From: Macrostomum lignano
Lineage: Eukaryota
Direction: 5' to 3'
Assembly: GCA_002269645.1 (NCBI GenBank)
Contig: NIVC01001566.1
Span: 72,346 to 136,345 of the forward strand
DNA length: 64,000 nt
Of this stretch, positions 48,954-58,886 are shown piece by piece. The stretch's first letter is position 1. The number at the start of each line of letters is the position of its first letter. A program made the position numbers and the translations under genes. The notes below the pieces were generated by a model, which was not told the DNA's origin, searched no databases, and saw only the letters and a program-made list of their open reading frames with translations.

Positions 48954-50684
48954 ATGCCCAAACCAAGTGACGCTACTACAAAGCCAAAAGAGAAAGGCAG
49001 CAAAACGGGCGCCAAAGGGTCGCGAAAGAGGCCCATCGAGACGGAGCCAAACAATGAAAAAGCGGTAAAAAAGCGCAACAGTAAGTCCAACTTAGCCTCC
49101 GCCGCTGCTAGCGCTACTTCCGCCACTGGCGCATCCACTAATGCTGATGGCGCTTCTATCCCCGCTGGTGCTTCTACCGCCGCTGGTGCTACTGCCGCCG
49201 CTGCAGCTGGCGCATGCGCTAACACTGATGGTGCTTCTACTCCCGCTGGTGCTTCTACCGCCGCTGGCGCGACTGCCGCCGCTGCAGCTGGCGCATGCGC
49301 TAACACTGATGGTGCTTCTACTCCCGCTGGTGCTTCTACCGCCGCTGGCGCTTCTAGCACCTCTGCGACTGGCGCCGGTAAAAAGCCAGCTTCCGGTGGC
49401 CCAGCAGCATACCGCTACTGGGTATTTGAATATGCGCCGGAAGACGGCGGTCGGCTTGGAGTCTATGCCGACAAGTGTGTTGTTACTGACGGCTCAGTAG
49501 ATTCGAGCAAACTGTCAGTTGACGATGATGTCACCATTAGACCGGGAAAGACCGCCAATAGTAAGGCGTACCGCGTGCGAATATGCAAAGGGCCATACCG
49601 CACAAAGGCGGCTGCAGAAGCCGGTGCCAGTGCCTGTCAAGCGGTACACAGGCCGGGTGGCATTAACATGCCTAACGGTTGCGCCACCTGCCAGGCGCTC
49701 AGGCATGAGGTTTTAAACCTCCGGACATCCGCCGAATTGGCGCAGCAGACTGCCGACGGCTACAGGGAAAGCCTGCAACGGCAGAATGAAGACCTGGCCA
49801 AAAGACTCGAAGACGCTGAATTTGAGCGCAATGAGTACAAAGAGAAGTATGAAAGTGCAGCCAATAGAACACGCGAGTTGGAGTGCCAACTCGAGTACGC
49901 ACAGATCGGTGCTAATCCTTCAAGTTCTGCTGAACAATCGGTCGGTGTTCTCGCCAAATATGCTACGGTGTTGCAGGACGCCGTGTTTTCCGCCATCGGC
50001 GTTCTGCAAGGTGCGGTTTCGCAGGATATCGTAGTAGATTGCGTTGCTGACACGATCAGCAGCAGCAGTACGACTGCTGGTGGTGGCGCTTCTGCGGCCG
50101 CCTCGTCTGCAGCTCCGTTGCTGGACGACATGGACCTGCGCGCTCAGATCCGAATGTCGTCAGTGAATCAGCGGAAACGTGAGCCCGAGACGAGGTCCTT
50201 GACAGCGCGCTGTCCCGACGTCGTCGTGTCGGCCACCGACTACGCAAAGATAAAGAATGCCGTGTCCGCCTATGTCAAGGGAGGTTACAGGAGTACCGAC
50301 GCAGATAAATTGCTTCGGACCTTGTACTTAGCAATTTTCACGGACGACGAGCTGACGACCTGCTCTTACACGGGACGTAGGTCGACAAAAACTGGTCCGC
50401 CACCAAAGGCGGAAGTGTCAAAGAGAAAAAAATTCGCCATTAAGGCGTTTATTGAAGGCCTGCAGTTGCCCAACCAAATTCCGGAGAGAAAGTATGCCGG
50501 CGTGTTTAAGCGCACTGGATTCTGTATTGCGCGAAAACTACAAAAATCGCTCAAATTGGCACCCAGCGGAAATGAGGTGGCGACGATCGACATCGATGCC
50601 GATGATGAGGACGCCAACGTTGGCGACAACGGAGATCACAATGACGACGAAGCTGCAGCCTCTCATCCATCTGCAAATCCATGA
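48954..50684 (+). CDS. Cargo ORF C: coiled-coil protein with a probable C-terminal BEN domain, 576 aa from the ATG at 48954
   Basis: Basic NLS-like start, 81-bp Ala/Gly repeats, CxxC plus a long coiled coil, and LLRTLYLAIFTDDELTTCSYTG...KFAIKAFI, which resembles BEN helices. Confidence 0.65.
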   Translation: MPKPSDATTKPKEKGSKTGAKGSRKRPIETEPNNEKAVKKRNSKSNLASAAASATSATGASTNADGASIPAGASTAAGATAAAAAGACANTDGASTPAGASTAAGATAAAAAGACANTDGASTPAGASTAAGASSTSATGAGKKPASGGPAAYRYWVFEYAPEDGGRLGVYADKCVVTDGSVDSSKLSVDDDVTIRPGKTANSKAYRVRICKGPYRTKAAAEAGASACQAVHRPGGINMPNGCATCQALRHEVLNLRTSAELAQQTADGYRESLQRQNEDLAKRLEDAEFERNEYKEKYESAANRTRELECQLEYAQIGANPSSSAEQSVGVLAKYATVLQDAVFSAIGVLQGAVSQDIVVDCVADTISSSSTTAGGGASAAASSAAPLLDDMDLRAQIRMSSVNQRKREPETRSLTARCPDVVVSATDYAKIKNAVSAYVKGGYRSTDADKLLRTLYLAIFTDDELTTCSYTGRRSTKTGPPPKAEVSKRKKFAIKAFIEGLQLPNQIPERKYAGVFKRTGFCIARKLQKSLKLAPSGNEVATIDIDADDEDANVGDNGDHNDDEAAASHPSANP

Positions 50685-50892
50685 GTCGAAGTGTACCAGA
50701 CTGAAATGCAGCCATTTCGGGCATTTTATTATTTACTGGGCTTTTTCTGATCTTATCGGGAATAATGAAAGAAAATGGAGAGAGTGGGAGGGAGAAATTT
50801 GTGTATGCAACATATCATTGTGCTAAACTAAACAAAGCTAAACTAAACCTAAACGTCGCAGTACAATGGGTTTCTAAAACTGCTTAACTTTT

Positions 50893-51467
50893 GGTCGCGC
50901 ACTTCTGCGATGTCCCACTAATTCTAGTTCTTTTTGGCGCACTTCTGCGATGTCCCACTAATTCAACTAGTTCTTTTTGGCGCACTTCTGCGATGTCCCA
51001 CTAATTCAACTAGTTCTTTTTGGCGCACTTCTGCGATGTCCCACTAATTCAACTAGTTCTTTTTGGCGCACTTCTGCGATGTCCCACTAATTCAACTAGT
51101 TCTTTTTGGCGCACTTCTGCGATGTCCCACTAATTCAACTAGTTCTTTTTGGCGCACTTCTGCGATGTCCCACTAATTCAACTAGTTCTTTTTGGCGCAC
51201 TTCTGCGATGTCCCACTAATTCAACTAGTTCTTTTTGGCGCACTTCTGCGATGTCCCACTAATTCAACTACTTCTTTTTGGCGCACTTCTGCGATGTCCC
51301 ACTGATTCAACTACTTCTTTTTGGCGCACTTCTGCGATGTCCCACTAATTCAACTAGTTCATTTTGGCGCACTTCTGCGATGTCCCACTAATTCAACTAG
51401 TTCATTTTGGCGCACTTCTGCGATGTCCCACTAATTCAACTAGTTCATTTTGGCGCACTTCTGCGAT
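50893..51467. repeat. Tandem array, 43-bp unit, about 13 copies, inside the transposon
   Basis: GGCGCACTTCTGCGATGTCCCACTAATTCAACTAGTTCTTTTT, period 43 (50941/50984). Confidence 0.97.
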
Positions 51468-51644
51468 CGCTATGTACCATATAATAATGCATTTTAATAA
51501 TAGCGCGCTTTGCGTATATAAAGCTTAATTGCCGCAATTACTGGTTACTTCACATCTAATATATCACTGCTGATTTGTATTCCTGTTACTTATTTGCACA
51601 TTATTATACTGTTGGTCGATAGTCAGAAAAAACACACAAGATCA

Positions 51645-52320
51645 CAAAACGGTCACAAAATATGGTAACAGTAAACAGTAACATAGTTACCCTAAGCAAA
51701 ACGGTCACAAAATATGGCAAAAGTAAACAGTAACATAGTTACCCTAGGCAAAACGGTCACAAAATACGGTCACATTGAACGGTCACATGTGACCCTGAAC
51801 AAACGGTCACAAAATACGGTCACATTGAACGGTCACATGTGACCCTGAACAAACGGTCACAAAATACGGTCACATTGAACGGTCACATGTGACCCTGAAC
51901 AAACGGTCACAAAATACGGTAACATTGAACGGTAACACGTGACCCTGAACAAACGGTTACAAAATACGGTCACATTGAACGGTAACACGTGACCCTGAAC
52001 AAACGGTCACAAAATACGGTCACATTGAACGGTCACATGTGACCCTGAACAAACGGTCACAAAATACGGTCACATTGAACGGTAACATGTGACCCTGAAC
52101 AAACGGTCACAAAATACGGTCACATTGAACGGTAACATGTGACCCTGAACAAACGGTCACAAAATACGGTCACATTGAACGGTAACATGTGACCCTGAAC
52201 AAACGGTCACATATATGGTAACTATGAACGGTATCATGTTACCTTATTATCATGAACATGAACGGTCACAATAAACGGTCACAAGCATTACAGACCACGG
52301 TAACAAGTGGAACGGTCACA
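51645..52320. repeat. Right subterminal tandem array, 50-bp unit, reverse complement of the left array
   Basis: GACCCTGAACAAACGGTCACAAAATACGGTCACATTGAACGGTCACATGT, period 50. Confidence 0.95.
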
Positions 52321-52429
52321 GCCCCTTTTTGTGACCGTTTCGTTTTATACGGGTAAGGACTCTGGGGACGAAGAGTCGTATTTGAGGCGTGCTTGAGTCT
52401 CTGTCAAATGATTAGTGTAAAGAAACTAT

Positions 52430-52635
52430 ACATGTAGCTTCTGACCTCAGCCTTTGTATCTCAGCAATTCCCCCCGAGACTTGACATCTCAGCAATCCCC
52501 CCCCCAAGACTTGACATCTCAGCAATCCCCCCCCAAGACTTGACATCTCAGCCATCCCCCAGACTTGACTTCTCAACAATTCCCCCCCCCCTGGCCCCAA
52601 GACTTGACATCTCAGCAATCCCCCTCAAGACTTGG
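52430..52635 (-). repeat. Short repeat cluster of the GCTGAGATGTCAAG family, also at about 6450-6530 and 36330-37260
   Basis: GACTTGACATCTCAGCAATCCCCC repeats and TACATGTAGCTTCTGAC, the reverse complement of GTCAGAAGCTACATGTA at about 36876. Confidence 0.8.
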
Positions 52636-53081
52636 ATCTTTTTTGGATCTTTTTTTCTTTCATTTATTCGTTTAGTACGTTTTTTGCTTTAATTGAAAGG
52701 ACCGGAATGTTTTTAATTGATTGCGAAAACTATTTGTAGTATAGCAACTTGTACAGAAAACAATGTAATGAAAATCAGAAACTGAACAACTAGATTCTTG
52801 TTGGTCCAGAATATTAGAATATTATAAGGATATAGGGGGTCCATTAGTGCTGAGAAACATTGAAGACTGAAGCTCTACAAGCATGTAAATGTCTTTCCTT
52901 CTTCTCAGCACGAGTATTATTAGAGGCTGGAAATTATAATTTCTAACCAAAGATCCATCTATTCATTTCCCGTCAGTGCACACCTTTCCGACTCTCAGCT
53001 TGTGCAACCTAGCTGTACGTGTAGAGGTTGAGACACATATATTTGCTCGATCAAAAATGTCAAAGGATAATCTATTCATAG

Positions 53082-53498
53082 CTACGAGCATCTCGAGGAG
53101 CTCGCCGCTGCCCCAACACCGTCGCCGCCCTTGCCGACGGCGTCTGCATTGACCAGCCGAGCCAGCTTGGAGTCGTCGTCGACAATCTCAGCGGCAATCA
53201 TGACGTAGGACTTCAATGGCAGCAGGCCGGACTTGACCATGCCGCGCAGCAGGAACACCTCCTTGCGAGCTTGGCGCGACAGTTCGCTGGGTATTTCGCC
53301 GAACAGCTCAGAGTCGATGATGCTGGAACAGCGCGTTGTTGATTGACGTCGCCTCTGTCGCTCTGGTCGGGCTTTGCTGCTGACCGCGGCGAAGTCAGCG
53401 TCGTTCGCCGTTGCGCCGCCAGCGGGTCCCGAAGACATTGCAATATCGGGAGAGTACAGCAGATCAGCGTCCAACTTGGCGCAGCAGCACTGGCCCAT
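53082..53498 (-). CDS. Small uncharacterised protein (138 aa) starting MGQCCC, a candidate myristoylation/palmitoylation signal
   Basis: GC-rich ORF. A polypyrimidine tract plus AG acceptor lies upstream at 53636-53635. It could instead be an internal exon. Confidence 0.5.
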   Translation of the reverse strand: MGQCCCAKLDADLLYSPDIAMSSGPAGGATANDADFAAVSSKARPERQRRRQSTTRCSSIIDSELFGEIPSELSRQARKEVFLLRGMVKSGLLPLKSYVMIAAEIVDDDSKLARLVNADAVGKGGDGVGAAASSSRCS

Positions 53499-54581
53499 GC
53501 CTTTTTGGAGTGAAATTTCGGCTCGATTGTGTTTGGCATGCGACAGGAGCTGAGCGGGCGAGACCTTCCCACTGCATGGCGATTTAATCCGTGCGGACGA
53601 TCCCCCCCCCCTGCTTTGGCCAATGACTGACAGGCTGAAGAGAAAGAGGAGCAAGCTAGAAGGCCCTATAAGATATCGTGGAGATAAAAAAGAAAAAGCA
53701 AATATAGCTATAGGTTAGCTGAGGTGGCTGCATGGAATGGAAGGCAAAAGGTAATAATTATGGGGGCTTAATGCATGCATCGGGTTCTGTTGCGAAGTCA
53801 GGTGTAAGGCTCGGGCAGTGTGCGGGATGTTGTAGCCTTTGAGAGCTCAACTTCGACACGAAATAGGCGTGTGGCTGTTCGACAACAAGACGGCTAAATG
53901 ATGTTTGAGGAGCTGAGTCTGAGCTGCTACAGAGGAAAAATCTCAAGGCCTTTTGTCCATCATCACTGGCTCAATCTGCAGCAAAATCTCCTACTGACAT
54001 ATGTATGTGTTACCCGCCCGGCCCCGATCCTTTAATTTGTGTAGCTATTGCAATCGCAGCAAGATTTTGCTCACGCAAAATTTGGGATGCTGCAAGCGCC
54101 TTTTCAAAACTGAAGGCGCAACTCAAGCATATCAGGTAAGTACAGGTGACAGGTCTAATCACTGTATGCGGCTTCGGAGATCCGACGGTCAAGTTCTATG
54201 CACACACATTCTACATGTACGCATGCCTCTCGTGATGTCCGCAAATGCAATCGATACAGTACTCGTAAACGCGTATTGCAATATGCACTGTACACCCAAT
54301 ATTGACTAATAAATATAATATTCAACTAACACAGTCCAAGACAAAAAGACGCGGGAAATTTTAAAGGCACGTTTTACCGAAAAAAATACATTATGGGAGA
54401 AGGCTTTCATTTTCTCAGCACAAAAAGCTTTTGATAGGAGTCAGACCCAATGTTCATCCTTTGATATGTCTTGCCATTCTTATAGCTCTGCTATCTATTG
54501 ACATTCATAAAGCTTTTCGTTAAGAAAATTAGGATTCGATGCCTCCTAAACCTGACTCATAAATTTTCCAACAAACGTATA

Positions 54582-55669
54582 CTGGGTTGTGCAAAAATGT
54601 AATGTTAGAAAAATGTTTGTTAATATGAATTAAGCGTGTTTCTCAGAACTATTTGAATCTGACGTCGCCTGAAAGATTTCTATATAAGCTCTCAATTGAT
54701 ACCCACTCTTGACTCAATTCACTTCCAGCTGTGTGAATTGTCTGAGAAAAGAAAACAGATTGAACTCTTAGTTTGCGCCGGAAAGAGTAATGAAGAAATC
54801 TCCAAGCTGGATGTTCAACTGTGACCGTCTAGGAAGTGAAAAAGCTGATTTCTGACGGAGAAAGCTTGGAGAGGCGTGCAGGATCTGGCCGGCCAGCAAA
54901 ACTTGACCTGAATGCTGTCAAGGAGCAATTTGAGGACAATCCGACTGCCTCCATAAGCAGCGTGGCCAAGCAGAACAGCGTCAGTCTGTCAACAATGTCA
55001 AGAACAGTGAAAAGAGCTGGTGGAGTTTCTCTGCGACCATCACTGCACCACACCACCAAGCATCCAGCAGCATCAGTCATGATGCTCGGCATTGTTGCTT
55101 CAAATGGTGCTAAGATGCCACCAGTGTGTTTCGACCAGGGCTACAGACTGCATGGATGCAGCACGTTACAGGCAGATCCCTGATCAGGAAAGTGCTGCCC
55201 TGATACGGAGCATCTGCCCAGATGAAAACTATACGTGTTTCAGCATGATGGGGCGCCTGCACACACGGCAAATGCTGTGCAGAACTGCATTATATTCCTG
55301 GAAACTACTTGAAATTCAGGCCTAAAAAATTCTGGCCGCCACAGATTCCGGACACCAATCCGTTGGACTAACAGCATCTGGTGACATATCTCCAGCCAGG
55401 CCTACACGCCACCCAAATGTGGACGCTCTGAAGGCTGCTGTTAATGCAGTGTGGACTGAGATGGACAAGGAGTACATCATCAAGGTGTGCTCCAGCTTCG
55501 GGGCCGTGTGGAGCAGGTCATCAGCGCTGAAGGCGGCTACATTGATTGAACACACTCGTTAGACATTAGGTTACATTGTGTTGTTTTAAAAAGTTATAAT
55601 GCTAACGAATAAAAAGATAATTGCATTCGATGATAAACTGATTCACATTACATTTTTTGCACGACCCGG
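54582..55669 (+). mobile_element. Tc1/mariner element with a decayed, internally deleted DDD-type transposase
   Basis: TIRs CTGGGTTGTGCAAAAATGTAATG / CATTACATTTTTTGCACGACCCGG flanked by TA. Transposase remnants GSGRP, HDGAPAHTA, WPP and PDTNPLD. Confidence 0.92.
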
Positions 55670-55885
55670 TAGTTTTCCGTCCTGTCTGAGTAGCCTTTTC
55701 TCGTATTCTGTTAAGCTAGCTGTACATAAGATTCTAATAGCTAAAGTATTTTAAAGAATATTTTATTCATGTCTTGACTTACTCGTAGCTGCAGGGGGCG
55801 TCCGGCGTATGCAGCGAGGAGGCGGAGGAGACCGCCCATTCCGCTAGCACCTGGCGACCAATGACTTCCATTGAAGTGATGTCGC

Positions 55886-57440
55886 TCAGGGGGACCCGTC
55901 GGTCTCGCCTGCAGTGCGGTCCTCCTCACCAACGGTGGGGAAGAACTCAGCTCGTCCCGTGTCCCTGAGGTACCGGGCGAGCAGCGGGATGCTCTCGGGT
56001 TTGCAAACGTCGGAGAGAACCAGGTTTGGCCCGAGGTGAGTGAGCCTGGCCCTGGTGAAAACCTGGCAGTGGCAGATAAAATGCTCGGCGTTTTCACTGC
56101 CTGAGCGGCAGAAGGGGCACCGCTCTTCGGGTACTTGGCCCTGAAGGAAGTGGTGGCGAGAGAAGCAGCCATGCCCGGAGAGGGCCATGCTAACTGCTCT
56201 GAGGTCTCTGCGGTTGAGCCTGAGGAGGGCTCTACGCAGGAGAGGAGAAGGGCAGGGGACGGCCGCACGGGATTGCCTACAATTCCGGGTGTCGTGCCAC
56301 CTGCGGAGATGCTCGGAGTCAGTCCAGCGCTTAACGCGGGAGTTGATCACCGAGGCGGGGATGGAGGCTCCCGGGCCCGGCCCCAGCAGCGCGCCGGCGG
56401 AGCCAGCCTTGGCCAGCAGGTCAGCGCGCTCGTTGCCGAGGAAACCGGCGTGGCCCGGGATCCATCTGAGCTCCACTGGTTGCCTTGCGCAAGTCCATTG
56501 AGCTGGGTGTTGCAGTCCAGGACGGACCTGGAGCTGGTGGTGCTGCGGCAGAGGGCCCGAAGGGCTGCTTGGCTGTCAGAGTGAAAAATAAATTTCCGAC
56601 CGCTAAGCTGCCTTTGGCGCAGCTCTGCCGCGCAGGAGCTGATGGCAAGCACCTCGCTCTGAAAAACACTGGAGTTGAGCCCAGTGTGCTGGGAGTAGCT
56701 CCACACCACTTCTCCCTTGAAGAATACGCAAGCTCCGAAGCCTGAAAGACCATGCCTCATAGAGCCGTCAGTGTAACAGTGGACTTCAGCATCGCTCCAG
56801 CTGTCACTCGACTCGTGTCGAGGCTGAATAGTGACCTTATACCTTTGGCTCAGGAGAAGGGTGGCTGGGATCGAGTCCGTGAGGATATTGAGCCCGCCAC
56901 ACTCCTCGAGAGCCTTCAGGCAGAGGTCAGAGTGCGGGATAAGCGACCGCTTCTTAAAGGCCCGCACTTTCCTGAAGGCCACCCCAGCATCCAGAAGACG
57001 CCGGGTGCTCTACGCCGTCTCTCCTTTGATATAAAAATCACATCCTCTGCAATGAGCAGCTCGAACCGACGGGACGCGGCGTAGTCAATGGGGTTGACTA
57101 GCGCGTCGCAGACTACTGGGGCATCGCCTGGGAAATAGGCAGATGCTGCCAGCACAGGTTTATTGGGAATGAAGTTATTGATTTGAACAACACAGATGTC
57201 CCCAGTCGAGAGATTAGGTCTCATCCATGCCTCAAAGGCTTTAGCAGCAAAGACCAGAGACCTTGGACGAGGCTGAGTGCCCGCCATGCAAAAACAGTGG
57301 TAGCCAGATGGCACATTATTTGGCTTACCTTTAGTCATCCAGGGCTCCTGCACGACGACCAGGCCCGGAAGCTGTTGCTCTGTCGTGCGCATCAGGTTGA
57401 CTGACGCCGCCACGCAGTGCTGGGTATTGATCTGCAGACA
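55886..57440 (-). pseudogene. LINE ORF2 remnant: APE N-terminal half fused to RNase H and zinc knuckle
   Basis: CLQINTQH...VVVQEPW...ASAYFP, then YTDGS, VFQSEVLAI, FHSDSQAAL, WIPGHAG..GNERADLLAK and CPFC...AEHFICHC. No RT motifs in between; junction near 57040. Confidence 0.88.
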
Positions 57441-57635
57441 CCAGGTAGCCGCTGGCCTCAGTGCAGATCGGGTGTTGCAGTCGCCAGGAGTTCCTCCTCC
57501 TCCTCGGCGCTCACCAGCTTCGGGCCGGGGTCGCCGGTGTCCATAGGCTCCTCTTCAGCAAAAGGCCCCCGATTGGTCGGAAGGCAATAGGCAGCGTTCG
57601 CCGCCCTTCGCCCACCGGCCACGGGGTCCTCCGCT

Positions 57636-58886
57636 TCAGACTGGCCCAATGCCCTGGAGCAGCCAGCCGCCTGGGCAGGCGGGTCCGTCTCCAGTCGGCC
57701 CTGCCCCGAGGGGTTGGGCCCAGCTGGGACGTCCCCACCCTCCCTGGACGAACTCTCGCCTCAGCTGGGTGATTTTGGCGGTACGAACTGCCTCAGCTGC
57801 GCGCTGGTTCAGGCCGCGCCGCTTGGTGCTGCGCGTCGGGCGTCGGTCACCTCCGCCCTCAGCAGCGCGTTCAGCTTTACCCGCGCGGCCGTGCTGCCGG
57901 GCGGGGCGGTTTGCTTTGGCAGCCGGAGCAGAAGCTCCCGCCTCTGCCCCGGCCGCCTCCGCATCCCGCCCGCCCTGCTCACTGCCACGGGGAGGGTCGG
58001 CCTCATAGGAGCGGATGCGCAGCTTCCAAAGGCCGACGTTGACGAAGCTGCCGTGTGGATAGCGCCTCATCCAGGCGTCCGATAGCCCCAGGATGGCTGT
58101 GAAGCCAGTGCCGTCGGTGCGCTTAAGGGTGTCATGCACCACTAGGCCCGCGGCGGGAAGCTCTCGGTTGACTGCTAGCAGTCCTTTCCGGAGCTCGTCA
58201 GCAGAGGTAACGACGCTCCTGGCCGGAACCCAGATTCGATGCCTCTTGGTCCGGGGGTGCTCGTCCTCTCTGCAGAAGGCTAAATTGAGGTCCCAGCTCT
58301 GCTCGGGCAGCAGCTCAAGGAGCCGCCGACCCGAGTCAGCATCACTGGGCCAAATGAGAAGGCACGAGTCCCTCGTCGCATTCGAATGAATGTTCAGAGG
58401 CGTGCCCTTCAGAGTTTGCTTCCACAGGAGGCCATCAACGGTACCTCTCACCTGCTTCAGCTGGTCGGGGGACAGGCGCGCGTCCTTCCCCAGAATGACA
58501 ACCGCCGGTTGCCTCTTTGCCGCATCAGCGTAGGAGGCCCGGGGGTCGGTGGAGCCTTCTTCAAGTGGGCTGTCCACCCTCCCGGCTGCATCGGCCTCCC
58601 TATCCTGGGCAGGGACTTCAGTGGGCTCGAGGCCCTCTTCCGCCACCGCCCCAGATTGGGAAGCTTCCACTGCCGCGGGCCGTTGGCCCCTGGCGCCGGT
58701 TAGGCTTCCGCCCTCCTTGGCCCGCCTCGCCTTGTTAAGTCGACGGCGGGCAGCTCCAGAGGTGGTGCTCAGCTGCTTGGCAGCTGGAGTAGCCGGTGTC
58801 TTGTTGGAGGCACCGCTCAAAGTTGGCTCTACGGGTCTCGCCGAGGCGTCCCCGATGGTAGCAGGTGGTATGGCCGCGGAGTCCAC
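57636..58886 (-). CDS. LINE ORF1 (gag-like nucleic-acid-binding protein), probably with frameshifted ends
   Basis: 416-aa ORF (SGAARRRLNK, SYADAAK) directly upstream of ORF2 within the TSD-bounded element. Confidence 0.75.
   Translation of the reverse strand: MDSAAIPPATIGDASARPVEPTLSGASNKTPATPAAKQLSTTSGAARRRLNKARRAKEGGSLTGARGQRPAAVEASQSGAVAEEGLEPTEVPAQDREADAAGRVDSPLEEGSTDPRASYADAAKRQPAVVILGKDARLSPDQLKQVRGTVDGLLWKQTLKGTPLNIHSNATRDSCLLIWPSDADSGRRLLELLPEQSWDLNLAFCREDEHPRTKRHRIWVPARSVVTSADELRKGLLAVNRELPAAGLVVHDTLKRTDGTGFTAILGLSDAWMRRYPHGSFVNVGLWKLRIRSYEADPPRGSEQGGRDAEAAGAEAGASAPAAKANRPARQHGRAGKAERAAEGGGDRRPTRSTKRRGLNQRAAEAVRTAKITQLRREFVQGGWGRPSWAQPLGAGPTGDGPACPGGWLLQGIGPV

Larger units (their letters stand above)
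44389..52353 (+). mobile_element. 7,965-bp TIR DNA transposon with cargo genes and no recognisable transposase (superfamily uncertain; CMC/EnSpm-like ends)
   Basis: 36-bp perfect TIRs CCCGTATAAAACGAAACGGTCACAAAAAGGGGCTGT (44389-44424 and 52318-52353), a 3-bp duplication TAA (44386-44388, 52354-52356), and mirror-image subterminal arrays. Confidence 0.88.

Noticed and set aside
50893-51467. 43-bp repeat (and the 22-bp repeat at 40608-40990) as a CRISPR array
   Set aside because: Pure tandem repeats without spacers.
55761-55767. AATAAA polyadenylation signal of the LINE
   Set aside because: It lies within the 13-bp target-site duplication, so it is host sequence.
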